From positions 1 through 60,571 of the forward strand of contig DGEE01000120.1 of assembly GCA_002385815.1 (NCBI GenBank): DNA of 60,571 bases. The letters are read 5' to 3'. Origin of the DNA: Hungateiclostridiaceae bacterium UBA3934 (lineage in GTDB: Bacteria; Bacillota; Clostridia; Acetivibrionales; DTU013). A program made the translations under genes and the position numbers. The notes below the pieces were generated by a model. It saw only the letters and a list, made by a program, of their open reading frames with translations, made no database searches and was not told the origin of the DNA. Numbering within the stretch: the stretch's first letter is position 1; each line of letters starts with the position of its first letter. Positions 40,501 through 50,774 of this stretch are shown piece by piece.

Positions 40501-41424
40501 ATGATGAGCAATATAGATCTGTCAGTGGATATATGCGGAATAAAGATGAAAAATCCTGTAATTGCAGCATCCGGGACATTTGGATTCGGGAGAGAGCATG
40601 CCGGATATGTGGACCTGAACAGGATCGGCGGCATAAGTGTCAAAGGGCTCACACTTGAACCCAGGGCTGGCAACAAGCCTCCAAGGGTCGCAGAGACCCC
40701 TGCAGGCATGTTGAACAGTGTCGGATTGCAAAACCCCGGAGTAAGGAGTTTCATCAGAGAGGAGATACCTTTCCTCAGGCAGTATTCAACAGCCATCATA
40801 GCAAATATTGCCGGCAATACGACAGAGGAGTACTGCGAGATGGCAGAGATACTTTCAGATGCCGACATCGATGCGGTAGAACTGAATGTATCATGTCCGA
40901 ACGTAAAAGCCGGATGTGTCGCATTTGGGAACACTCCACAGGGTATAGCGGAGATAACTTCTCTGGTGAGAAAATACTGCAACAAACCACTGATCGTCAA
41001 GCTTACTCCCAATGTGACAAGCATAGCCGACATTGCAAAAGCTGCTGAAGATGCCGGTGCTGATGCGCTTTCCCTCATAAATACATTGCTTGGCATGGCA
41101 ATAGATATTGAAACCAGAAGACCGATACTGGCAAATAATACCGGCGGTCTTTCAGGTCCTGCAGTGAAGCCCGTGGCTGTGAGGATGGTCTATGAGGTCT
41201 GTCAGACTGTCAAAATACCTGTAATCGGCATGGGCGGAATTTTCAGCGGCAAGGATGCTGTCGAGTTCATGCTTGCGGGAGCATCTGCCGTAATGGTTGG
41301 AACGGCATGTCTTGTTTATCCCGATGCCTGCATAAAGGTATGTGAAGGTATAGAAGAATATATGAGGAGGCATGGCTTCGAAAGAACGGCCGATATCACC
41401 GGCAAACTGGTATTGAATACATAA
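40501..41424 (+). CDS. pyrD: dihydroorotate dehydrogenase B catalytic subunit
   Basis: Class 1B motifs GTFGFG, ELNVSCPNVK (catalytic Cys) and GGLSGPAVKP. The start may be the second ATG (40504). Confidence 0.95.
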   Translation: MMSNIDLSVDICGIKMKNPVIAASGTFGFGREHAGYVDLNRIGGISVKGLTLEPRAGNKPPRVAETPAGMLNSVGLQNPGVRSFIREEIPFLRQYSTAIIANIAGNTTEEYCEMAEILSDADIDAVELNVSCPNVKAGCVAFGNTPQGIAEITSLVRKYCNKPLIVKLTPNVTSIADIAKAAEDAGADALSLINTLLGMAIDIETRRPILANNTGGLSGPAVKPVAVRMVYEVCQTVKIPVIGMGGIFSGKDAVEFMLAGASAVMVGTACLVYPDACIKVCEGIEEYMRRHGFERTADITGKLVLNT

Positions 41425-41440
41425 GCAGAGAGGTGATTTC

Positions 41441-42127
41441 TTGAAGACCAGGCTGATATTCGTCAGGCATGCTGAAGCAGTGGGCAACAAAATAAGGCAT
41501 TTCCACGGCTGGACAGACTCAGATCTCACTGACAAGGGTCATCTCCAGGCGATGCGTGTGGCTGAAAGACTGACGGATACTGACATGGATGTCATATATT
41601 CCAGCAATCTCAAAAGGACAATGCAGACTGCCGCATATATTGCAGAAAAGAAAGGGCTTACCGTCAACACATCAGAAAATCTCCGGGAAATAAATGGCGG
41701 TGACTGGGAGGATGTTGCCTGGACAGAGCTTGAGCAGAGATGGCCCGATGAATATGAAGCGTGGGAAAACCAGCCTCATAAGCTGAAAATGCCCAACGGA
41801 GAGTCGATGGCAGAATTCCAGACCCGTCTTCTGGATGAAGTCATGTCTATCATCAAAAGGCATGAAGGTAAAAATGTGTGCATCGTAACACATGGTACTG
41901 CAATACGTGCGATGATATGTCATTTCAGAAGCTGTACTCTGGAAGAGATGGTGGATGTCGAGTGGTGCGACAATACGGCCATAACCATTATCGACTACGA
42001 AGATGGAATTTTCAACATAGTGACCGAAGGAGATTCATCCCACCTGGGCAGTGACCTGGGAACCATAGTCAACCAGGAATGGTGGGAAGAATACAACAGG
42101 AAAAAGAAAGCACGCAGGGAAGAATAA
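41441..42127 (+). CDS. histidine phosphatase (phosphoglycerate mutase-like) family protein
   Basis: TTG start behind GAGAGGTGA. LIFVRHAEAVGN...HGWTD catalytic RH motif and downstream TH(G) motif (VTHGTAIR). Confidence 0.85.
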   Translation: MKTRLIFVRHAEAVGNKIRHFHGWTDSDLTDKGHLQAMRVAERLTDTDMDVIYSSNLKRTMQTAAYIAEKKGLTVNTSENLREINGGDWEDVAWTELEQRWPDEYEAWENQPHKLKMPNGESMAEFQTRLLDEVMSIIKRHEGKNVCIVTHGTAIRAMICHFRSCTLEEMVDVEWCDNTAITIIDYEDGIFNIVTEGDSSHLGSDLGTIVNQEWWEEYNRKKKARREE

Positions 42128-42233
42128 GGAATATTACTATCCGGCACTGCTCTCCGCAGAACAGTATAATACTTGCGGTGCAGGCTATGAAGTCAACAGG
42201 AAAGGAAAGACGGCCGGATATGATGGGAGGAAC

Positions 42234-43091
42234 ATGAAAATGCCGAATGAAAAACTGATAAAATGGCTTTTTGAAACCAATGCGTTCAGAGTGTGTCCGG
42301 AGAATGAACCGTTCTGGTATACGTCGGGCACCATCGGACCCTACTATATAAACACGCACTTCTTATATGGCTCTGAGAGAAAGGCAATGGAACTCCTCGA
42401 ATATATAGATCGTGTCAGGGAGGACAAACTGAAGTGTCCTGAAAGAGTTCTTGCAAAGGTGGAAGAGACATACGCAGGTGATCCTGTCTACAGGGGTGTT
42501 ATCGACAGTTTGCTGGATTTTATCAGGGACAATGTCGATGTGGATGATATAGATTATATATCCGGCGGAGAGCGAAGGGACTGGTTTTTCTCACTACTGG
42601 CGGCAAAAGGTCTTGGCAAGCCTCATATAACTATTTACAAGGATCTGTCGGCAGTGATTACAGAAAAAGGTGAGACCAGGAGGTCGGATTCGGTAAACGG
42701 AGGACGGGTGCTCCACATTGCGGATCTGATCACTAAGGCCTCAAGCTATGAAAGGGCATGGATACCGGCAATAAAAAACATATGCGGCCAGATGACATGT
42801 ACTGTGGTAATCATCGACAGGAAGCAAGGCGGCGCTGAACTTCTTGAGAGCCACGATGTTTGCTCCTTTGCCATGGTGTCCGTAGACAGGGACTTTTTCG
42901 ACAAGGCCCTTGAAATGAACAGCATCAGCGCTGCTCAATACGATATGCTTTTGAAATATACTGCGGATCCGCATGGTTCAATGAAGACGTTTCTGGCAGA
43001 ACATCCCGAATTCATCGAAAATGCCATGAAGTCAGACGAAAGGACTAAAGAGCGGGCCAGATTATGTATCGAAAAAGGAATATACAAATGA
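42234..43091 (+). CDS. divergent type-I phosphoribosyltransferase, OPRTase (PyrE)-like with insertions
   Basis: 285 aa. N-terminus LIKWLFETNAFRVCP...FWYTSGTIGPYYINT parallels the PyrE FIEFAL...F.LKSGR.SPYF.N. The PRPP-loop position reads GRVLHIADLITKASS instead of VDDVITtG. Last gene of the pyr block. Confidence 0.55.
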   Translation: MKMPNEKLIKWLFETNAFRVCPENEPFWYTSGTIGPYYINTHFLYGSERKAMELLEYIDRVREDKLKCPERVLAKVEETYAGDPVYRGVIDSLLDFIRDNVDVDDIDYISGGERRDWFFSLLAAKGLGKPHITIYKDLSAVITEKGETRRSDSVNGGRVLHIADLITKASSYERAWIPAIKNICGQMTCTVVIIDRKQGGAELLESHDVCSFAMVSVDRDFFDKALEMNSISAAQYDMLLKYTADPHGSMKTFLAEHPEFIENAMKSDERTKERARLCIEKGIYK

Positions 43092-43175
43092 TACGCTGAT
43101 CAATGTGGAATGCAGCAACAGATGGAGACCTGCCGGCAAAGGCGGCAGATGATGATGTAATACAGGTGACGGACA

Positions 43176-44513
43176 GTGAAAACAACAGCGGTTTTTATAC
43201 TGATAGTTATGATATTATCGATGGCAGCAGGATGTTCTTTGCCAGGTAAAAGAGATGATGGTTATCCGGCAGAACAGGAAGGAAACGGAACAGAGACCCC
43301 GGCAGGAGACCCGTCAGAAAAAGATACTGACGGCGAAGAACAGTTGCCTGATGGCAATGAAAAAAATGACGGGGGCGTCAGTACCGGGGATGGCAAGGAC
43401 ACAGACATTGACGAAACCATCCGGACAAGGCTCAGCAGAATGACCCTCGATGAAAAAATCGGACAGATGTTCATAATAGGGCTGGAAGGCACGTATATCG
43501 ATGAAGATATTAAGCGCCTCGTGGCGGACAGGCTGCCCGGCGGCTTTATTCTGTTCAGACACAATATAACAGATGCTGACCAGCTTCTCACTTTCATAAA
43601 CGATTTAAAAACTGCAAACGATGGAAATATTCCGCTCTTTATTTCTGTGGATGAGGAAGGAGGACGCATCAGCAGACTGCCTGATCAGTTGCGTGCAATG
43701 CCCTCCGCCATGTCTGTAAGTGAACTGGACAATGAAACGGCCACATATGAAACAGGCAAAATCCTTGCAGAGAGGATCAGGATCTTCGGCTTCAATATGG
43801 ACTTTGCCCCTGTTCTTGACATCCTGAGCAACCCGGATAATACAGTAATAGGCGACAGAGCCTTCGGGACAAATGCCCAATCGGTATCAAAACATGGTAT
43901 ACAGATGATGAAAGGGATACGTGATACTGGGATTATTCCTGTGGTAAAGCATTTTCCAGGACATGGAGATACAGACATTGACTCTCACCTTGGTTTGCCG
44001 ATAATAAGCCAGGGAATGGACCTGCTGTCGGAGCGAGAACTCGTGCCCTTCAGAAGAGCTGTCGATGAAGGAGCGGAGGCGGTGATGGCAGCGCACATAG
44101 TGGTCACCGCAGTGGACCCGCGATTGCCTGCATCGCTGTCAGGTGCTGTTATAAACGGGCTTCTCAGAAAAGATTCAGGGTTTGACGGCGTGGTGATTAC
44201 AGACGATCTGACAATGAGAGCCATTACAGATAATTTCGAAATCGGAGACGCTGCTGTCAGATCAGTTATAGCCGGTTGTGATATCTTACTGGTTTGTCAT
44301 GGTCGTGACAAGCAGGAGGAGGCAATGGATGCGGTAAGGAATGCTGTTGAAGCAGGCATGATCGACGAATGCAGGATCGACGAGAGTGTTGCCAGGATAT
44401 TGAAATTGAAAGAAAAGTATGGCTTGAACAACAATGCATACCGGTATGCCGATGTGGATATGCTGAATGAAAAAATTGATGGCCTTTTGGCTAAATGGTA
44501 TAATGATAATTGA
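43176..44513 (+). CDS. glycoside hydrolase family 3 lipoprotein (NagZ-like beta-N-acetylhexosaminidase)
   Basis: GTG start behind AGGTGA. Lipobox AAGCS. Acidic low-complexity linker. KHFPGHGDTDIDSH hallmark of the GH3 N-terminal domain. Confidence 0.88.
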   Translation: MKTTAVFILIVMILSMAAGCSLPGKRDDGYPAEQEGNGTETPAGDPSEKDTDGEEQLPDGNEKNDGGVSTGDGKDTDIDETIRTRLSRMTLDEKIGQMFIIGLEGTYIDEDIKRLVADRLPGGFILFRHNITDADQLLTFINDLKTANDGNIPLFISVDEEGGRISRLPDQLRAMPSAMSVSELDNETATYETGKILAERIRIFGFNMDFAPVLDILSNPDNTVIGDRAFGTNAQSVSKHGIQMMKGIRDTGIIPVVKHFPGHGDTDIDSHLGLPIISQGMDLLSERELVPFRRAVDEGAEAVMAAHIVVTAVDPRLPASLSGAVINGLLRKDSGFDGVVITDDLTMRAITDNFEIGDAAVRSVIAGCDILLVCHGRDKQEEAMDAVRNAVEAGMIDECRIDESVARILKLKEKYGLNNNAYRYADVDMLNEKIDGLLAKWYNDN

Positions 44514-44593
44514 CGAAAGGGACATTTCTCAGCTCTGCACAAGAGAGCAACTGCAGAGATCTGTCCCTTTACCTTGATTGCGGGAGGCAGGAA

Positions 44594-46003
44594 TTGGCGA
44601 ACAGAGGAAGCACCTTAGTAACTGAAGATGAAATAACCAGGCAGGAAGCGTTCATGCATTCCGTAAGGGAACTGAATCCCGGAGCCGATAAGAAATATTT
44701 GATCAGCACTTTTGGTTGTCAGATGAACGAGAATGATTCGGAGAAGCTGGCGGGTATGCTGGAATCCATGGGATACATACGCACTGATGAGATGGACGAA
44801 TGCGACCTGATACTGTTCAATACATGTTGTGTCAGAGAAAATGCGGAACTCAAGGTTTACGGACATCTCGGTGCGCTGAAGCCGCTGAAATCCCGCAGGC
44901 CCGGGCTGGTCATTGCTGTATGCGGCTGTATGATGCAGCAGAAAGAGGTCGTTGAGCATATTCTTGAGAAATACAGGCATGTTGACCTGATTTTCGGGAC
45001 TCATAATCTGCACAAATTCCCGGAGCTTTTGTACAGGGCTGTGACAGGTGACGCTGCTGTTGCTGACATCAGCTCATGTGACGGCTACATAGCCGAAGGG
45101 CTTCCTGTCAGACGTGAGCACAGCGTGAAGGCATGGCTGACTATCATGTATGGTTGCAATAACTTCTGCTCATATTGTATCGTTCCGCATGTCAGGGGAC
45201 GCGAGAGGAGCAGGATGGTTTCTGATATCCTTGATGAGGCAAGGTTTCTTGCCCGTCAGGGCTATAAAGAGATCACTCTGCTGGGTCAGAATGTAAACTC
45301 CTATGGCCTGGACAGGAAGGATGGCACCAGTTTTGCAGCGCTATTGCACAGACTTGAGGAAATAGATGGCATAGAAAGAGTCCGGTTTATGACTTCTCAT
45401 CCCAAGGATCTGTCAGATGAGCTGATATATGCTATGAGAGATTGCCATAAGGTATGCGAGCATCTGCATCTGCCGGTCCAGGCAGGGAGCAGCAGGATAC
45501 TGGCAGAAATGAACCGCAGATATTCACGGGAGCACTATTTCGAACTGGTGCAAAAGGTCAGGGAACACATACCAGGCATATCAATTACTACGGATATCAT
45601 CGTTGGTTTTCCCGGAGAGACTGATGAAGACTTCGAAGATACTCTGGACCTGGTTGAAAATATCAGATTCGACTATGCATATACGTTCCTTTATTCAAGA
45701 AGGACAGGTACGCCTGCTGCAAGGAAAACTGATCAGGTAAGTGAAGAAGTGAAGAAAAAGAGGTTCGAAGAATTGCTGAACATCCAGAACAGGATCAGTA
45801 ATGAGATAAACAGCAAGCTTGCCGGTACAGTCACAGAAGTGCTGACAGAAGGACACAGTAAGAACAATATCGATATGATGACCGGACGTACGAGAACAAA
45901 TAAGATAGTGAATTTCAAGGGAAGTGCTGATCTGACCGGGAGGCTGGTCAGAGTGAAGATAGACAAAACCGGCACATGGTCACTTGATGGCACACTGGTA
46001 TGA
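44594..46003 (+). CDS. miaB: tRNA (N6-isopentenyl-A37)-C2-methylthiotransferase MiaB
   Basis: TFGCQMNENDSE (UPF0004), radical-SAM CNNFCSYC, C-terminal TRAM. Start is TTG 44594 (GGGAGG RBS) or ATG 44654. Confidence 0.93.
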   Translation: MANRGSTLVTEDEITRQEAFMHSVRELNPGADKKYLISTFGCQMNENDSEKLAGMLESMGYIRTDEMDECDLILFNTCCVRENAELKVYGHLGALKPLKSRRPGLVIAVCGCMMQQKEVVEHILEKYRHVDLIFGTHNLHKFPELLYRAVTGDAAVADISSCDGYIAEGLPVRREHSVKAWLTIMYGCNNFCSYCIVPHVRGRERSRMVSDILDEARFLARQGYKEITLLGQNVNSYGLDRKDGTSFAALLHRLEEIDGIERVRFMTSHPKDLSDELIYAMRDCHKVCEHLHLPVQAGSSRILAEMNRRYSREHYFELVQKVREHIPGISITTDIIVGFPGETDEDFEDTLDLVENIRFDYAYTFLYSRRTGTPAARKTDQVSEEVKKKRFEELLNIQNRISNEINSKLAGTVTEVLTEGHSKNNIDMMTGRTRTNKIVNFKGSADLTGRLVRVKIDKTGTWSLDGTLV

Positions 46004-46053
46004 AAACAGAGACATCGGATTCGTATTTTCAAGCATAAGTGAGGTCGATTTTT

Positions 46054-48669
46054 TTGGCGCTTACCCCAATGATGCAGCAATATCTGGACATTAAGGAGCA
46101 GTACAGAGACTGCATCCTGATGTTCAGACTTGGCGATTTTTATGAAATGTTTTTTGACGATGCAGTGGTTGCGTCCAGGGAACTGGAGATAGCATTGACC
46201 GGAAGGGACTGCGGTCTGGAAGAGAGGGCACCGATGTGCGGAGTGCCTTATCATTCAGTGGACGGATACATTGCCAGGCTGGTCCAGAGAGGATACAAAG
46301 TAGCGGTTTGCGAACAGATGGAAGACCCTTCGCAGGCAAAAGGCATCGTCAGACGTGAAGTCGTTCGGGTAGTGACTCCCGGGACTGTCACGGATATGAC
46401 GATGCTGGATGAAAAGAGAAATAATTATCTGGTTTCGATCTATGCTAAAAAGCACATGTATGGACTTGCAGCAGTGGATGTCTCCACAGGTTATTTTGCG
46501 GCAACGAGGATCACATGGGGGAATACGCTGACCAAGCTGCTTGATGAAATAGCAAAATATTCACCTGCCGAGATTATCACAAACCGCGGTTTTTATGATT
46601 CAAAGGCAGCAGCCGGACAACTGGCAGCCAAATTCGATGCCTACATTTCTCAACTGGATGACATGTATTTTGATGACGAATTCTGTTTTGACCTGCTGAG
46701 CCAGCGTCTCGGATCACCTGCTATCCCCGGGGAAGAAAGCGAACTGATTGTCAATGCCGCAGGTGCCCTGCTGTATTATCTCGATCAGACGCAAAAAGCC
46801 AGCCTCAGCCATATACAACAGATCGTACCCTATAAGCTGGAAGAATATATGATACTGGATATGGCTACGAGAAGGAATCTGGAACTGACTGAAACGATGC
46901 GTGAGAAATCCCGCAAAGGCTCTCTTTTATGGGTGCTGGACAAAACTATGACTTCAATGGGAGCAAGGACACTCAGAAGATGGGTGGAACAGCCCCTGGT
47001 CAATATCGAAGACATAAACGGAAGACTTGAAGCAGTGGCAGAGCTGAAGGACAAGTTCATGGTCAGGATGGAGCTGCGTGAACTCCTCAAGCGGGTTTAT
47101 GACATCGAAAGACTGATCAGCAGGATAGTTTTGGGGAATGCCAATTGCAGGGATCTGATAGCCTTAAAGAATTCACTTGGTCAGATACCATTCATCAGAA
47201 AGATACTGTCATGCTGCGAATCGGATCTTTTGAAGCAAAACAACGCATTGATGGATGATCTGGAGGATATATCAGGGTTGATAGAGAGATCCATCGTTGA
47301 CGACCCTCCGGTTTCTGTTAAGGAGGGCGGGATCATAAAATCCGGTTATGATGAAGAGGTGGATAAACTAAGGGATGCTGCATCCAATGGCAAACAGTGG
47401 ATACTGTCCCTTGAGGCCAGTGAACGGGAGAAAACCGGGATCAGGAATCTCAGGATAGGTTATACAAAGGTATTCGGCTACTATATAGAGGTCACCAAAT
47501 CCAATCTGCATCTCGTTCCAGAGGAATATATCAGGAAACAGACACTGGTCAACTGTGAAAGGTATATCACTCAGGAACTGAAAGAAATCGAAGAGACAGT
47601 CCTTGGAGCCGAAAGCAGAGTTGTGGATCTGGAATACCGGATATTTGCCGATATCCGTTCTGAAGTCGCAGCCCAGACATCGAGGATAAAGCAGACTGCA
47701 CAATGCATATGCGAACTTGATGTTATCTGCTCTCTGGCTGAAGTTGCCGATCGTGAAAATTACTGTCTGCCAACTGTTACTGATAACGGCATCATAAAGA
47801 TCGAAGGCGGCAGGCACCCTGTAGTCGAGAAGACACTTGAAACCGGCGCTTTTGTGCCAAATGATACATTACTGGACATGGATGAAAACAGGCTGGCCGT
47901 CATAACCGGACCCAACATGGCCGGCAAGTCCACTTATATGAGACAGGTGGCACTCATCGTGCTGCTGGCACAGATAGGAAGCTTCGTGCCTGCTGATTCT
48001 GCTGTTATCGGCATAACGGACAGAATATTCACCAGGGTAGGCGCTTCTGATGATCTGGCTGCAGGCCAGAGTACATTTATGGTGGAGATGTCTGAAGTAG
48101 CAGCCATATTGGAGAATGCCACAGAGAGAAGTCTGCTCGTACTCGACGAGATAGGAAGGGGCACCAGCACTTTTGACGGCCTGAGCATAGCATGGTCGGT
48201 GATAGAATACATATCGGACAAGGAAAAAGTGGGGAGCAGGACGCTCTTTGCCACACACTACCACGAACTCACTGAACTGGAAGGCAAACTCCCGGGCATC
48301 AAGAATTACTGTATTGCCGTCAGGGAGGAAGGAGAGGATGTAATTTTCCTGAGGAAGATCATGCGCGGAGGTGCGGATGGCAGCTACGGCATTCAGGTAG
48401 CTAAGCTGGCAGGGCTTCCCCGGTCAGTGACTGACAGGGCGAAAGAGCTTCTCAGGGAGCTCGAGGAAGCTGATATAAGCAAGAAAAAGTCGCGGCGCAT
48501 GAAAAAAGTGCTGGAGGGACAGGTGGAGTTCTTTATTCCTGAGGACAATGAGGGCAAAACAGCCAAAGAAGTGCTGGAAGAGTTGATTTCAGTGGATATA
48601 TCGACTCTGACGCCGCTGGATGCCCTGAATATTCTGTACAGACTCCAGTTGAAAGCAAGAAAGGGTTGA
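46054..48669 (+). CDS. mutS: DNA mismatch repair protein MutS
   Basis: LTPMMQQY N-terminus (TTG 46054), Walker A GPNMAGKST, DEIGRGTSTFDG. Confidence 0.97.
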   Translation: MALTPMMQQYLDIKEQYRDCILMFRLGDFYEMFFDDAVVASRELEIALTGRDCGLEERAPMCGVPYHSVDGYIARLVQRGYKVAVCEQMEDPSQAKGIVRREVVRVVTPGTVTDMTMLDEKRNNYLVSIYAKKHMYGLAAVDVSTGYFAATRITWGNTLTKLLDEIAKYSPAEIITNRGFYDSKAAAGQLAAKFDAYISQLDDMYFDDEFCFDLLSQRLGSPAIPGEESELIVNAAGALLYYLDQTQKASLSHIQQIVPYKLEEYMILDMATRRNLELTETMREKSRKGSLLWVLDKTMTSMGARTLRRWVEQPLVNIEDINGRLEAVAELKDKFMVRMELRELLKRVYDIERLISRIVLGNANCRDLIALKNSLGQIPFIRKILSCCESDLLKQNNALMDDLEDISGLIERSIVDDPPVSVKEGGIIKSGYDEEVDKLRDAASNGKQWILSLEASEREKTGIRNLRIGYTKVFGYYIEVTKSNLHLVPEEYIRKQTLVNCERYITQELKEIEETVLGAESRVVDLEYRIFADIRSEVAAQTSRIKQTAQCICELDVICSLAEVADRENYCLPTVTDNGIIKIEGGRHPVVEKTLETGAFVPNDTLLDMDENRLAVITGPNMAGKSTYMRQVALIVLLAQIGSFVPADSAVIGITDRIFTRVGASDDLAAGQSTFMVEMSEVAAILENATERSLLVLDEIGRGTSTFDGLSIAWSVIEYISDKEKVGSRTLFATHYHELTELEGKLPGIKNYCIAVREEGEDVIFLRKIMRGGADGSYGIQVAKLAGLPRSVTDRAKELLRELEEADISKKKSRRMKKVLEGQVEFFIPEDNEGKTAKEVLEELISVDISTLTPLDALNILYRLQLKARKG

Positions 48670-48671
48670 AT

Positions 48672-50726
48672 ATGGGAAAGATAATTATCCTGGATGAAAA
48701 TACAGTAAACAAAATAGCCGCAGGCGAAGTGGTGGAAAGACCAGCCTCAGTGGTGAAAGAGCTGGTAGAGAATTCTATCGATGCCGGCGCGGATATTATA
48801 AGTGTGGAGATACGCAATGGTGGCATTTCCTTTATGAAAGTCACGGACAACGGCAGCGGTATGTCGGAGGATGATGCGGCAATGGCATTTGAAAGCCACG
48901 CCACCAGCAAGATAAGGCGGGCTGACGACCTTGGAGCGATAACGAGCATGGGCTTCCGCGGTGAGGCATTAGCCAGTATTGCCGCCGTTTCAAAGGTCCA
49001 TATGCTTACCAGGACCCATGACAGCGTCCAGGGTGTGAGCATAACGGTTTCAGGAGGTGTTCCGGAGGAAGTGAGGCCTGCCGGTTGTCCAGCCGGCACT
49101 TCCATAACTGTGAGTGAACTGTTTTTCAACACCCCTGCAAGATACAAGTTTTTGAAAAAGGATGCAACAGAAGCCGGATACATAGCGGATATCCTCAACC
49201 GTATCGCCTTGTCGCATCCGGAAATATCCTTCATGCTGACGAATAATGGCAGGAAGGTTTTGCACACTCCGGGCAACGGGGATCTGAAAAGCACGATCTT
49301 CAGCATATATGGCGCTGAAACGGCAAAACATCTGGCAGATGTCGATTATGAGGACGGGGACATCAGGATCACCGGATTTGCCGGATTGGCTGAAATAGCC
49401 CGTTCCAGCCGAGTAAACCAATCCATATATATAAACCGAAGATATATCAGGAACAAAACTGTTACATCAGCCATCGATGCTGCCTATTCCACTTACCTGA
49501 TGAAGAACAAATATCCTTTTATCGTTCTGAATATCTCCATTGATCCGTCCAGGATCGATGTCAACGTACATCCTTCAAAGCTGGAGGTCAAGTTTTCAAA
49601 CGAGCAGGATATATTCAGAGCAGTTTACCACGCTGTCAACAATGCTCTCATCTCTCATTCGACCGTGAGGACGCTGCATAGAACTGAAAAAAGCGGCAGT
49701 CATGGTGGCAAAGCAGGTTACGGCAGCAGAGGCAGTACTGTAACAGGCGCGCGGTCTGCCGGTAAATCATCAGCAGGCATGAAGACTTATACTGAAATCA
49801 ATGCGTATGGAAAACCATCTTACTCACAGCAGGAATTTGAGTGGGTCAGAAAAGAGCTGGACCGGAAATACCAGGAGGCCATATCCGGGAAAACCCGGCA
49901 GCAGGATACAGTGGGGCATGGCCATAGCGGAAAAGCGACAGATGCCGGGGAGAAATCTGAGAAAATCCCGTCAAGCCAGGATATTGATTACACGGATGGG
50001 CATAACAGCGCTGTTTTTGTTAAAGATGCGCATGACAGTGCTCTCGGGACCGACCATACTGAGACGGACACCAATGTCATTTCTCCCGACGACAGCAGAA
50101 AAACGGATAAGATTGAAACATGTGATATGTCGGATAGCTTAAAGCTCTTTGACAATACCAGAATAGTAGGTCAGTTATTCTCTACCTACATATTGCTGGA
50201 AGGAGCAGATGAGCTGTTTTTGCTGGACCAGCACGCTGCGCATGAAAGGATCAGGTATGAGAAACTCAGAAGAGCATATGGCGAGGAAAAGCCTTTGTCA
50301 CAGATGCTGTTGTCATCAGTTCATGTTGACCTTACAGGCAGCGAGTATCAGTTTGCCATGAGTGAAACAGACTTTTTCGAAAAGCTTGGTTTCACATATG
50401 AAAGCTTCGGAGCAAATTCCGTCATCATCAGATCTGCGCCGCTGTTAGATGAAAATACGAATATCAGGGAATGCTTCACAGAGATACTTGACTTTTTGAT
50501 GAGTGAAGGCAGTACTGACAGGAGCTTGCTGGCCGACAGAGCCATTTACAGGATGGCATGCAAATCAGCGGTGAAAGCTCACGATAGATTGGACGAAAGA
50601 GAGATATGGGCGCTGCTCGATGAGCTTTCAGCTCTCGAAAATCCTTATACATGTCCGCACGGGCGACCTGCCATATATAAAATACGAAGATACGATCTGG
50701 AAAAATTGTTCAAGCGGATAGTATAA
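48672..50726 (+). CDS. mutL: DNA mismatch repair protein MutL
   Basis: GHKL ATPase N-terminus IAAGEVVERPASVVKELVENSIDAG. Long variable linker. C-terminal dimerisation domain with ACKSAVKA and CPHGRP. Confidence 0.97.
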   Translation: MGKIIILDENTVNKIAAGEVVERPASVVKELVENSIDAGADIISVEIRNGGISFMKVTDNGSGMSEDDAAMAFESHATSKIRRADDLGAITSMGFRGEALASIAAVSKVHMLTRTHDSVQGVSITVSGGVPEEVRPAGCPAGTSITVSELFFNTPARYKFLKKDATEAGYIADILNRIALSHPEISFMLTNNGRKVLHTPGNGDLKSTIFSIYGAETAKHLADVDYEDGDIRITGFAGLAEIARSSRVNQSIYINRRYIRNKTVTSAIDAAYSTYLMKNKYPFIVLNISIDPSRIDVNVHPSKLEVKFSNEQDIFRAVYHAVNNALISHSTVRTLHRTEKSGSHGGKAGYGSRGSTVTGARSAGKSSAGMKTYTEINAYGKPSYSQQEFEWVRKELDRKYQEAISGKTRQQDTVGHGHSGKATDAGEKSEKIPSSQDIDYTDGHNSAVFVKDAHDSALGTDHTETDTNVISPDDSRKTDKIETCDMSDSLKLFDNTRIVGQLFSTYILLEGADELFLLDQHAAHERIRYEKLRRAYGEEKPLSQMLLSSVHVDLTGSEYQFAMSETDFFEKLGFTYESFGANSVIIRSAPLLDENTNIRECFTEILDFLMSEGSTDRSLLADRAIYRMACKSAVKAHDRLDEREIWALLDELSALENPYTCPHGRPAIYKIRRYDLEKLFKRIV

Positions 50727-50774
50727 ATCAAAAAGCTACTGGGTACAATTGTCAGATAGAAAGGGGAGACCAGC

